NCBI GenBank assembly: GCA_043822705.1
Contig: JBDRBK010000082.1
Span: forward strand, 1-64,000
From: Fidelibacterota bacterium
GTDB taxonomy: Bacteria > Fidelibacterota > Marinisomatia > Marinisomatales > TCS56
Length of the DNA stretch: 64,000 nt
Direction of reading: 5' to 3'
Part shown: piece after piece, positions 1 through 8,415 of the stretch
Position numbering within the stretch: the stretch's first letter is position 1
Layout of the letters: each line of letters opens with the position of its first letter
Position numbers and translations under genes: made by a program
Notes under the pieces: model-generated
Database searches by the model: none
Told to the model about the DNA's origin: nothing
What the model saw: the letters and a program-made list of their open reading frames with translations, nothing else

Positions 1-1458
1 TATAAATCGGAGTACATTTCCGATTCCAGCGGCGACCGCCTGTTGTTCCGAATCGATGGCGATGGCAATTTTCTCCGCGACGCGGCCGGGGCGCTGATTC
101 CCGACCATTCGGGCAAGCCCTTCCGCCAGTGGCGCGAGCAGATCCGCACCAACCAGGATATTTGGGACGAGCTGGTGATAGTGGCCCGGATTCCCGGAAC
201 GACATCCGCTCCGCGCCTGCAGCCGATTTCGGCCCGGATCGTGATGCTCCAGAGCGGAATGCGGGCGCCGATGGGGATCAAGGTCAGGGGACCGGACCTC
301 GCGACAATCGAGGGCTTTGGTCTCGAGCTGGAAAAACTGCTCAAGGAAATTTCCGCCGTGGAAGCGGCCGCTGTTTTCGCCGACCGGATCGTCGGGAAAC
401 CCTATATCGAAATCGAAATCGACCGGCGGGCGATCGCCCGCTACGGTATCCCCCTGCGGATGGTGCAGGATGTGATCGAAGTGGCTATCGGCGGCAAGCA
501 AATCACTACTACGGTGGAGGGGCGGGAGCGCTACCCGGTGCGCGTGCGTTATCTGCGGGAACTGCGCGGCTCGATCGAATCACTGGAAGACATTCTGGTC
601 CCGGCCGGCGCCGGCGCCCAGATTCCGCTGGGACAGTTGGCCCGGATCAATTACGTCCGCGGTCCGCAGATGATCAAGAGCGAAGACACTTTTTTAACCG
701 GCTACGTGCTGTTCGATAAAAAGGAAGGCTGGGCGGAAGTGGATGTGGTGGAACAGGCCCAGCGTTACCTGCGGCAGAAAATCGTCGCCGGCGAACTGGT
801 GGTACCGGCCGGTGTCAGTTACGCTTTCGCCGGTTCGTATGAAAATCAGATTCGGGCCATGGAAAAGCTTAGTATCATTCTGCCGCTGGCCTTGTTCCTG
901 ATTTTCATGATTCTCTACCTGCAGTTCCGGCGGGCGTCCACTACGGCCATCGTTTTTTCCGGTATCGTTGTAGCCTGGGCCGGTGGTTTCACGATGCTGT
1001 GGCTGTACGGACAGGACTGGTTTCTGAATTTCAGCGTCGGCAGCGTCGATCTGCGGGCGTTATTCCAGATCCATCCGGTGAATCTGTCGGTGGCGGTCTG
1101 GGTCGGTTTCCTGGCCCTATTCGGCATTGCTTCTGATGATGGTGTGCTGATCAGTACCTATCTGGACCAGAGTTTTGCCAATCGAACCCCCGGATCAATC
1201 ACTGAAATTCGTGAAGCCGCGATTCTAGCCGGGTCACGACGTATTCGACCGGCAATGATGACTACCGCCACCACCATTCTGGCCTTGATTCCGGTGCTCA
1301 CAGCCACTGGGCGCGGTTCGGATGTAATGGTGCCGATGGCGATTCCATCGTTTGGCGGGATGTTTTTTGCGACGCTCACGACTTTTGTGGTACCGATCCT
1401 TTATACGGCTATCGCCGAGCGACGGTTATTGAATAAAAATGGATCAAGTAAAAATTAA
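1..1458 (+). CDS. cusA: CusA/CzcA family heavy-metal efflux RND transporter (5'-truncated by window edge)
   Basis: Frame open from base 1 (YKSEYISD...); motifs LQPISARIVMLQSGMRAPMGIKV, EGRERYPVRVRY, SVAVWVGFLALFGIASDDG, RIRPAMMT, GSDVMVPMAIPSFGGM. Confidence 0.92.
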   Translation, partial: YKSEYISDSSGDRLLFRIDGDGNFLRDAAGALIPDHSGKPFRQWREQIRTNQDIWDELVIVARIPGTTSAPRLQPISARIVMLQSGMRAPMGIKVRGPDLATIEGFGLELEKLLKEISAVEAAAVFADRIVGKPYIEIEIDRRAIARYGIPLRMVQDVIEVAIGGKQITTTVEGRERYPVRVRYLRELRGSIESLEDILVPAGAGAQIPLGQLARINYVRGPQMIKSEDTFLTGYVLFDKKEGWAEVDVVEQAQRYLRQKIVAGELVVPAGVSYAFAGSYENQIRAMEKLSIILPLALFLIFMILYLQFRRASTTAIVFSGIVVAWAGGFTMLWLYGQDWFLNFSVGSVDLRALFQIHPVNLSVAVWVGFLALFGIASDDGVLISTYLDQSFANRTPGSITEIREAAILAGSRRIRPAMMTTATTILALIPVLTATGRGSDVMVPMAIPSFGGMFFATLTTFVVPILYTAIAERRLLNKNGSSKN

Positions 1459-1481
1459 ATAGAAAAACGAAAGGAAGTAAA

Positions 1482-1853
1482 ATGAACAAGAAACTGATTG
1501 TAATCGGATTAATTGTGTTGTCTGGTATCTGGGCCTGCGGAAAGACCAAAACCGCCGATACGGCTGCCAAGATGGATCATTCCAAAATGGCCATGGCCGG
1601 TGCTGTGGTCGACGGAGAACAGTTAATTTATTACACCTGCCCCATGGATTCGCATAAGCATGTGCATTCCATGGAACCCGGTAAATGTCCCGAATGCAGT
1701 ATGACACTGGTGGCTGGTGTAGTAACTACCGAAGCAAAGATGGACTATTACGGCTGCCCGATGGAAGTCCATTCGCATATCCGCAGCGACCAGCCCGGCA
1801 CCTGCGACGAATGCGGTATGCTGTTGAAACCAATGCGGCTTGTAAAAGGTTAA
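1482..1853 (+). CDS. Lipoprotein with two heavy-metal-binding (YTCPM..H..PGxCPxCGMxL-type) domains
   Basis: SD aaggaag; lipobox-like IWAC; Met/His-rich linker; YYTCPMDSH...PGKCPECSMTLV and YYGCPMEVH...PGTCDECGMLLK. Confidence 0.85.
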   Translation: MNKKLIVIGLIVLSGIWACGKTKTADTAAKMDHSKMAMAGAVVDGEQLIYYTCPMDSHKHVHSMEPGKCPECSMTLVAGVVTTEAKMDYYGCPMEVHSHIRSDQPGTCDECGMLLKPMRLVKG

Positions 1854-1864
1854 ACAAGTGCAAA

Positions 1865-1892
1865 TGCCGGGTGTCTTCTAAGACGCCCGGCA
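1865..1892 (+). other. Inverted repeat / stem-loop after the metal-binding lipoprotein gene (no U-tract)
   Basis: TGCCGGGTGTCTT-CT-AAGACGCCCGGCA, 13-bp stem with one G-U pair. Confidence 0.5.
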
Positions 1893-1903
1893 ATATAAAT
1901 CTG

Positions 1904-2146
1904 ATGAAAGTAACCTATAAAATCGACGGTATGAAATTTCGTGGCGGTTTCCTCTGAAGCGGCTGACCGTCTGATATCGGCCGGGCTCTGGATGAGACCG
2001 AAGGTGTATTAAATCACAGTTTTGATCGCGATCGTTTATTGTTTAGCGTCGAAAATGATCCGCTGATCATTTCAAAAGCAGCGCTGATTCTTTGTATAGA
2101 AAATAGCGGTAGTTTTATTGTAAAAGACTGGAGTATCGTTCCCTGA
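1904..2146 (+). CDS. Putative heavy-metal-associated (HMA) domain selenoprotein with UxxU motif (two in-frame TGA)
   Basis: Manual translation MKVTYKIDGMKFRGGFL-U-SG-U-PSDIGRALDETEGVLNHSFDRDRLLFSVENDPLIISKAALILCIENSGSFIVKDWSIVP*; TGA at 1955-1957 and 1964-1966; HMA pattern (I.GM, AL...EGV, DP..IS...LI..IE..G); stop abuts the convergent gene ending at 2147. Confidence 0.7.
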
Positions 2147-3169
2147 TTAGTCGCAAAGCAATTTTCTGGTCCGCTGCAATTCAATTTCAGTATCGTTGAC
2201 AATTTCCTGGATAATTTCTTCGATAGTCTGAATTTTATTGACCAGTCCCACCGATTGGCCCGCCATCAGCGAACCATGCTCGACATCGCCTTCCACCACC
2301 GCTCTTCGCAGGGCGCCGATCCAGAATTCCTCGACTTTCATCTGCGCTTCGATCCGGCTGATCGAACCTTCATCCAGTTTTTTCAATAAGGCTAACTGCA
2401 GGCGGCTGAATTCGTCATGACCTTTATTACGCAGCGCCCGTACGGCCACTACCGGCAATCGGCTGTCGATCTGTGGTGTTGCGATGGCATCGCGGGCATC
2501 GGCCTTGATGAAACGTTCCTTGAATTTGGCATGCGTGTTGGCTTCTTTGGCGACGGCGAAGCGGGTGCCCATCTGGATTCCGGCGGCACCCATCAACAGC
2601 AGGTGGGCGCACATTTTGCCTGAACCGATTCCGCCAGCCACGAAAACCGGCACTGCGCTGACTTCGAACAGAACCTGTTGCAACAGAATCGTCAAGGTAA
2701 CCTGGCCGACATGGCCGCCCGCTTCCATGCCTTCCAGGATCAGGGCGTCGGCACCGTAACGGATCATGCGGTCGGCGATCGATTTTGTGGAGGCGAAGCA
2801 CATTACCCGAGCACCACTTTCACGGGCGATTTGCACCTCCTTTTCCCGCGGGAAACTGCCGGCAAAAATCACGAAATCCGGCTGGGTTTCCCGGACCAGT
2901 TGTAAATGATCCCGGTAGAGTGGCGCGATGGTGATCAGATTGACACCGAATGGTTTGTCGGTTAATTCCCGTGTTTGTAAAATTTGTTTTTGCAGGATAT
3001 CGACTGGCGTGTTGCCACCAGCCAGACTGGCGAAACCGCCGGCGTTGCAGACGTTGGCTACCAGTTGCGGGTCACTGACCCAGGTCATAGCACCACATAA
3101 AATTGGATAGCGTGTGCCTAAAAATTGATTACCGGTTTTAAAAAATTGTTCGCTGAGTGTTTGCTTCAA
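2147..3169 (-). CDS. Nitronate monooxygenase / FabK-like FMN-dependent oxidoreductase
   Basis: YPILCGAMTWVS, PFGVNL, EGMEAGGHVG, VPVFVAGGIGSG, GAAGIQMGTRF, GSLMAGQSVGLV; TTG start with GGAG upstream. Confidence 0.88.
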   Translation of the reverse strand: MKQTLSEQFFKTGNQFLGTRYPILCGAMTWVSDPQLVANVCNAGGFASLAGGNTPVDILQKQILQTRELTDKPFGVNLITIAPLYRDHLQLVRETQPDFVIFAGSFPREKEVQIARESGARVMCFASTKSIADRMIRYGADALILEGMEAGGHVGQVTLTILLQQVLFEVSAVPVFVAGGIGSGKMCAHLLLMGAAGIQMGTRFAVAKEANTHAKFKERFIKADARDAIATPQIDSRLPVVAVRALRNKGHDEFSRLQLALLKKLDEGSISRIEAQMKVEEFWIGALRRAVVEGDVEHGSLMAGQSVGLVNKIQTIEEIIQEIVNDTEIELQRTRKLLCD

Positions 3170-3260
3170 AATGCGTTCTCCGGGAATAAGATTAGCTGTA
3201 TATCAAGAACCGCCCCCGTGTAGTATTAAAATTAAACATTTTGGATTGAACAAATCAGAA

Positions 3261-3295
3261 TAAAAACGGCGATCGATTACCGACCGCCGTTTTTA
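3261..3295. terminator. Intrinsic terminator (bidirectional form) downstream of the DUF5916 gene
   Basis: TAAAAACGGCG...CGCCGTTTTTA inverted repeat. Confidence 0.65.
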
Positions 3296-3315
3296 TCAAA
3301 ACCGTTGAACGAAGC

Positions 3316-5988
3316 TTATATATTAAAGGTGTGGCTTAGTTTTACCATAAACACATTGGTTCCGATGTCTTTGAATAGGGTATTCAGGTCTTTCTGCACG
3401 TCAAATTCTTTGAATAATTCATAATTGGTATAGCCCTGCGACCAGACCAGGTAGAGCGCCGACCCGGTAGCGTATTCCCAGCGGACAACCAGGTTGGAAC
3501 GAAATTGTTTGTAATTGAAATTCTTATACCCACTTAATTTGTAAGGGGTGTCGTCTTCATCAACCCGGTCAATATAATAGCGGTAGACGCCATCATCATC
3601 CTGCTGCAAATCCCAATCTTCCTCATTCAGCGGGTCGAACCGTTCATTGATATCGGGATTATCGGCGTCGATCACTTCCTTCAAATTGAAGAAATCGCCG
3701 GCCGTGAAATAGGGCTGTCCGTAGAACTGAACCGATAGGTTGTTGGTGAGAGTCAGGTCGGCCCGGAATTCTAGTGCCAGTGTCTGCTGCAGCATATCGG
3801 ACCAGATATAATGAGTATTTCCGTCATTATCGGTCGCTCTGCCAATCCAGGACCAGGTATCGTCCAATTGGTTATAGCTGATTTCCGCTTCCAGTTGCAA
3901 ATTGTGGCGTGGTCTCCAGGTGACATCTTCTTCGATATAGAAGCTTTTCACATTATCCACGCTGACATAGCGCTGGCCGTAAGTGTAAAATATCAGATTT
4001 TTCCGACTGTCGGTATTAACCCACAGCCAGCCGTTGGTCGAAGGAGCAACATAGATTGGTGGACCACCCCGGTTGAAAGAGACGTTCATACCCTCCCAGT
4101 TATGGTTGATTCCACCACCCATCGACCAGCTATTGTTAAAGGTCCCATTGGCATTGATATTACCTCCCAGAACTTTCCTTAATCCGCTGAAATCGTAGTT
4201 GGTCCACTGATTGAAATTGATACGATAACTGCGAAAGATTTTCTTCGGTTCCCATTGGAAATACTGTGCCCAGGCGAACTGGTTAATATTATCGACGGAA
4301 TTCAAAAAACCCATATCATTGATTTCAAAACCGGGGCTGTAGGCGACTACTCCACCAGCGGCCCGTAGGTGGCCGGTATTTTTAGTGCCGATTGCTTTTA
4401 CGGCGAAACCACTCAGAGAAGTTCTTTCCGGGTCATATTCAATATGTGGCGCCTCCTCGCGATGAAAATAACGAGCAGAGCTTAATTGGGTCTGCTGAAT
4501 CGCCAGGGTGTCGCCACGGACATGGCTGAATGAAACCGCCCCCAGAAATCCATACTTACGGTCCAGGAATTCATGATCGATGTCGATACCACCGGTATAG
4601 GCCTGAGAATGTAGAAAGTCCATATTCGTATCATCTAGCCGGCGGTTGACGGAGGTAAAAATCCCACCCACTGAAGTTTGACCTTCATTAAAATCCTGTT
4701 GAACACGGGTCAGGTGGTAGTTGGTCAACGGCTCGACAACCTGTTTATCTTTTGATTCATCACCGTAATAAACGGTCGTATGTTCTTCGGCGGTTACCGC
4801 TTCCAGTACTCCCATCGATAATCCGTTGGCAGTTTTCCCGGTTAGTTTGGCTGCACTGATAATATTGGTGATTTCCGGTTGTTGAATATCAACCAGATCT
4901 TTACTGTCATCAGTGTTGGCGCTACCCTGTGGTGCCCGACCGATACGCCGGGAATAGAACAGGGTGTTGGAGGAATTGTCACCGTCACCGAAACCTAAAG
5001 CGAAATTAAAAATATTGCTGCCTTCCATGAAGAATGGCCGTTTTTCGGAAAAATATGTCTCAAACTCGGTCAAATTGTAATCAGCCGGGTCAGACTCCAC
5101 TTGCCCGAAATCGGGATTGATAGTGGCATTCAATGTCAATCCGTTGGGGCTGCTGTAGCGTACATCGCCGCCAACGTTGGATAATATATCGTATTTTTCC
5201 GGGTGAACATCACTGACCAGATTATCGGAGACTTTATTGCTGCCGGCAAAATATGGTGCCACATATAGCGGGCGTTGTGATTTGACATTATTCAGGCCAC
5301 TCAGGTTACCGTAATGCGACACAAAGCCTTCTTCCGACTGAGCCCAGTAGCTCCACACCGATAATTCATTTTCATGACGCGGCAATTCACGATAAAACTG
5401 CAAGCCCCATTGCATCTGCTCGGTACTGGTAAACCGCAACTCCCGGAAGGGAATTCGCCATTCCGCCGACCAGCCATCGCTATTGATTTCTGCCTCGCCA
5501 TCCCAGATGGCATCCCAGCTTTCATCCATCGATTCGTCATCGTAGCGGCGGATATCGTGTTTAACACCGGCGGCGTTGAGCCCAAATTCAAAGGCAGTGC
5601 GGTTATCGTTGTAACTGTCAATCGATACGTACATCCAGTCTGATTCGGTATATTCGTCACGGCGGGTGAGAATCGCTGTGATTTTATCCGGTTCGGGATC
5701 GCGGGCGCGAGCGCCGATGTACAGATATTCATTATCGTATAAGACGCAGAATTCGGTCGAATATGTTTCCGGCGTACCGTCATTTGGATTGCGTTGGATC
5801 AAATTACCCTGCCAGATACCAGTCTGCCAGACTGGCTCTTGTAATTCTCCATTGACCGTGATTTTTCCATCGCTGATGTAAGTTGCCACCGTTTTCCGCA
5901 GGCGACCGGCATCGTATTCGGTACCTGGTTTGGCGATTACTAGAATTGAGAGAATGCTAAATATGAGAAAATATAGACACTTTTTCAT
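3316..5988 (-). CDS. CBM9-like + DUF5916 domain outer-membrane protein
   Basis: Signal peptide; GWSAEWRIPFRELRF; LNATINPDFGQVESD..NL..FE.YF.EKRPFF.EG; LFYSRRIG; FRSNLVVRWEY..GS.LYLVWSQ. Confidence 0.82.
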   Translation of the reverse strand: MKKCLYFLIFSILSILVIAKPGTEYDAGRLRKTVATYISDGKITVNGELQEPVWQTGIWQGNLIQRNPNDGTPETYSTEFCVLYDNEYLYIGARARDPEPDKITAILTRRDEYTESDWMYVSIDSYNDNRTAFEFGLNAAGVKHDIRRYDDESMDESWDAIWDGEAEINSDGWSAEWRIPFRELRFTSTEQMQWGLQFYRELPRHENELSVWSYWAQSEEGFVSHYGNLSGLNNVKSQRPLYVAPYFAGSNKVSDNLVSDVHPEKYDILSNVGGDVRYSSPNGLTLNATINPDFGQVESDPADYNLTEFETYFSEKRPFFMEGSNIFNFALGFGDGDNSSNTLFYSRRIGRAPQGSANTDDSKDLVDIQQPEITNIISAAKLTGKTANGLSMGVLEAVTAEEHTTVYYGDESKDKQVVEPLTNYHLTRVQQDFNEGQTSVGGIFTSVNRRLDDTNMDFLHSQAYTGGIDIDHEFLDRKYGFLGAVSFSHVRGDTLAIQQTQLSSARYFHREEAPHIEYDPERTSLSGFAVKAIGTKNTGHLRAAGGVVAYSPGFEINDMGFLNSVDNINQFAWAQYFQWEPKKIFRSYRINFNQWTNYDFSGLRKVLGGNINANGTFNNSWSMGGGINHNWEGMNVSFNRGGPPIYVAPSTNGWLWVNTDSRKNLIFYTYGQRYVSVDNVKSFYIEEDVTWRPRHNLQLEAEISYNQLDDTWSWIGRATDNDGNTHYIWSDMLQQTLALEFRADLTLTNNLSVQFYGQPYFTAGDFFNLKEVIDADNPDINERFDPLNEEDWDLQQDDDGVYRYYIDRVDEDDTPYKLSGYKNFNYKQFRSNLVVRWEYATGSALYLVWSQGYTNYELFKEFDVQKDLNTLFKDIGTNVFMVKLSHTFNI

Positions 5989-6167
5989 TCTTGATACTCC
6001 CTTTCCACCGGTTTACTAACAGATTTTTCCTGTAAGACACTATAATTAAGCAAATGGTTGTCAGGCAAAAACGATCAGTTGATAGCTGACCGATGATGAC
6101 CGACAGGCACAGAACAATTACCGGAAAAAAGTAGTATATGTCAGTCCATTGGAGATTTGCCCTTGAT

Positions 6168-6362
6168 TTACAGGGCTCCGCGGCGTTCGTCGAGAAAGTG
6201 TACCGGACTTTTTACTACCTTCAACACTTTGGCATACAGGAATAACAATTCATCGATATCGGATTTGATTTTTTTGTATTCCGCATCATTGTCCTTTAAC
6301 CAGAACAGCATCAGCCCGTAGGCCACTTCTTCCGGCGATTTGCTGAAATTTACTTCGGCCAT
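6168..6362 (-). CDS. Small hypothetical protein (64 aa)
   Basis: Strong SD AAGGAGG 5 nt before ATG; amphipathic helical sequence. Confidence 0.6.
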   Translation of the reverse strand: MAEVNFSKSPEEVAYGLMLFWLKDNDAEYKKIKSDIDELLFLYAKVLKVVKSPVHFLDERRGAL

Positions 6363-6531
6363 TTACCCCTCCTTAATGATTGTAATTTGCGGCACGATTG
6401 CCGGAATCCCGGAATCCGATTAATAATACGGATAATTTGGCACAGCCGGGGGAAAATCGCAAGTCATATTATTTCACGGAATTATCTTTCTATACCAGTA
6501 TAATGGTGATTGTCGGACGCAAAAATTCAGC

Positions 6532-6560
6532 TTGATAAACTGCAAGTCGTCTGGTATACT
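6532..6560 (+). promoter_or_regulatory. Sigma70-type promoter for the ybaK-like operon
   Basis: TTGATA(6532-6537)-17 nt-TATACT(6555-6560), then SD AGGAGG and ATG at 6587. Confidence 0.6.
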
Positions 6561-6586
6561 ATATCAATTCAATAGGAGGTTGGTGC

Positions 6587-7048
6587 ATGCCTTTAAAAAA
6601 ACTGAGAGAGTATCTGGATTCTAATAAGGTAAAATATGAAATACTGAACCATCCGGTGGCTTATACCGCCCAGTATGTCGCTTCCACCGCTCATATTCCG
6701 GGCGGCGAATTGGCAAAAACCGTAATTGTCAAATGTGCCAGCGGCATGAAGATGGTCGTATTACCGGCGTCTTATGAAGTGAATTTCAAATTATTAAAAG
6801 AACTCATCGGGGAAAAAGTCGAACTTGCCAGTGAAGCGGAGTTTCGCGACCTCTTTCCTGACTGTGAACTGGGAGCGATGCCTCCGTTCGGAAATCTTTA
6901 CGACATGGATGTTTACGTCACCAAGAGTCTGAGCGAAGATGAGGAAATTGCTTTCAATGCCTGCTCACACACGCAATTGATTAAGCTGGCTTACACGGAT
7001 TTCGAACGACTGGTCAAGCCGAAGGTCGCAAAGTTTTCCACTCGCTAA
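6587..7048 (+). CDS. YbaK/EbsC family aminoacyl-tRNA deacylase
   Basis: AKTVIV, LASEAEF..LFPDCELGAMPPFG.LY, IAFNACSH. Confidence 0.88.
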   Translation: MPLKKLREYLDSNKVKYEILNHPVAYTAQYVASTAHIPGGELAKTVIVKCASGMKMVVLPASYEVNFKLLKELIGEKVELASEAEFRDLFPDCELGAMPPFGNLYDMDVYVTKSLSEDEEIAFNACSHTQLIKLAYTDFERLVKPKVAKFSTR

Positions 7049-7147
7049 GAAACGAATATCCGACTGTTAATCATAAGCCATATTTCATGACCGTTGCCAT
7101 TGCATCGGTTACTGTGTATATCCCAAAACCCCCAAAAGGAGAAACGC

Positions 7148-7633
7148 ATGGATAAAGGTACGTTTGGCCGGAGTGACCGCCTGCTGAAGCAGAAACGACA
7201 TGATGTATATCAGGAGCAGGGAAAACTGCCCGACCCGACCGGTTGTTCCGATTGTGGAGCGGTGTTCACCAACGGACGCTGGACCTGGAAAGAGGTCCCG
7301 CCGATGGCGAACACGGTGATTTGTCCCGCCTGCCGCCGGATGAAGGAACAGGTTCCATCGGGGCATATAGAAATCAAAGGTGCCTTTTTTAACGATCATC
7401 GCCAGGAGATACTGAACCTGGTAAATAATGTCGAGAAGCAGGAGAAGGGGGAACATCCGCAGGAGCGCATCATGAAGATCAACGACCGCGGCGACAACAT
7501 ACTGGTGACAACTACTGGTATTCATATTGCCCGGCGGATCGGTGAGAGCCTGGCCCGGTCATACAAGGGGGAGCATTCATTTCAGTATCTTAAAAACGAA
7601 AAACAAATTTTGGTAACCTGGGAGCGTTCCTGA
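7148..7633 (+). CDS. BCAM0308-family (NMD3-like, two CxxC) protein
   Basis: ATG 7148 after AAAGGAG; KLPDPT.CSDCGAVF..GRW.W, CPACRR, EK.EHP.ERIM, TTG.H.ARRIGE.L. Confidence 0.75.
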   Translation: MDKGTFGRSDRLLKQKRHDVYQEQGKLPDPTGCSDCGAVFTNGRWTWKEVPPMANTVICPACRRMKEQVPSGHIEIKGAFFNDHRQEILNLVNNVEKQEKGEHPQERIMKINDRGDNILVTTTGIHIARRIGESLARSYKGEHSFQYLKNEKQILVTWERS

Positions 7634-7660
7634 CGAAGCCAATCTGAGCGACCGCGGTGA

Positions 7661-7690
7661 ACCCGGTCGAAAGCGCTGATTCGACCGGGT
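7661..7690. terminator. Stem-loop between convergent genes
   Basis: ACCCGGTCGAA-8 nt-TTCGACCGGGT. Confidence 0.55.
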
Positions 7691-8415
7691 CAGCCCAGCA
7701 GATTTTTGAGCTTCGCCACGTAGCGGCGGCTCATGACAAACGGCTCTTCAATTCCTTTTAGGTACACCCGGTAGGAATAATTGAACCATTCCTCCAGGTG
7801 ATCGATATAGTCAAGATTGATGATGGTGGAGCGATGGATGCGGGTAAAATGATTTTCCGGTAGCCGAGTTTCCCATTCCTTCATCGATTTCTGCGTCAGA
7901 CCCTTTACACCGGAGATGGTCAATATTTCGGAGTAGTCACCGGCGGAATTGATATACAGTATATTTTTGATTCCGAGGAATTTGAATTGACTGTTGACCA
8001 TCAGAAATAGGTGGTCGTTGTAATTCAATTTACGGGTGCCGGCAACCTGAAATTCATCCTGGAGATCGATTCTTTCGATGGCCGTTTTCAGGCGCACCGG
8101 ATTGACCGGTTTGAGCAGATAATCCAGGGCATTAACATCGAACGCCCGAATCGCAAATTCATCGTAGGCCGTGACGAAAATGATTTTCAGTTCTGCGTCG
8201 ATTTTTTCCAGCAGATCGAAGCCTGATTCGCCGGGCATCTGAATGTCCAGGAAGATGACGTCGGGTCGCAGTTTCTGGATGGCTTCCTGAGCACTAACGA
8301 CACTATCGGCCTCGCCGACAATCTCTATCTCATTAATCTCTGACAACAGATCACGCAAATCTTTGCGCGCCAGTCGTTCATCATCAATAATCAGCGCTTT
8401 ATACGGCTTTTTCAT
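7690..8415 (-). CDS. LytTR family response regulator
   Basis: REC (IIDDE, FLDIQMP, FVTAYDE, DYLLKP) plus LytTR (FTRIHRSTIINL, MSRRY). Confidence 0.93.
   Translation of the reverse strand: MKKPYKALIIDDERLARKDLRDLLSEINEIEIVGEADSVVSAQEAIQKLRPDVIFLDIQMPGESGFDLLEKIDAELKIIFVTAYDEFAIRAFDVNALDYLLKPVNPVRLKTAIERIDLQDEFQVAGTRKLNYNDHLFLMVNSQFKFLGIKNILYINSAGDYSEILTISGVKGLTQKSMKEWETRLPENHFTRIHRSTIINLDYIDHLEEWFNYSYRVYLKGIEEPFVMSRRYVAKLKNLLG

Noticed and set aside
1685..1957. 90-aa ORF in the track
   Set aside because: The first part overlaps the metal-binding lipoprotein out of frame; only the part from ATG 1904 looks real, as the start of the UxxU ORF
1904..2146. Alternative genetic code (TGA = Trp/Gly) as the explanation of the in-frame TGAs
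   Set aside because: Many well-formed genes here end in TGA (e.g. 7633, 21206, 22872, 24225) with no sign of readthrough
6070..6105. LytTR-type repeats upstream of the DUF5916 gene (TGACCGA twice)
   Set aside because: 10-nt spacing and short match; not convincing
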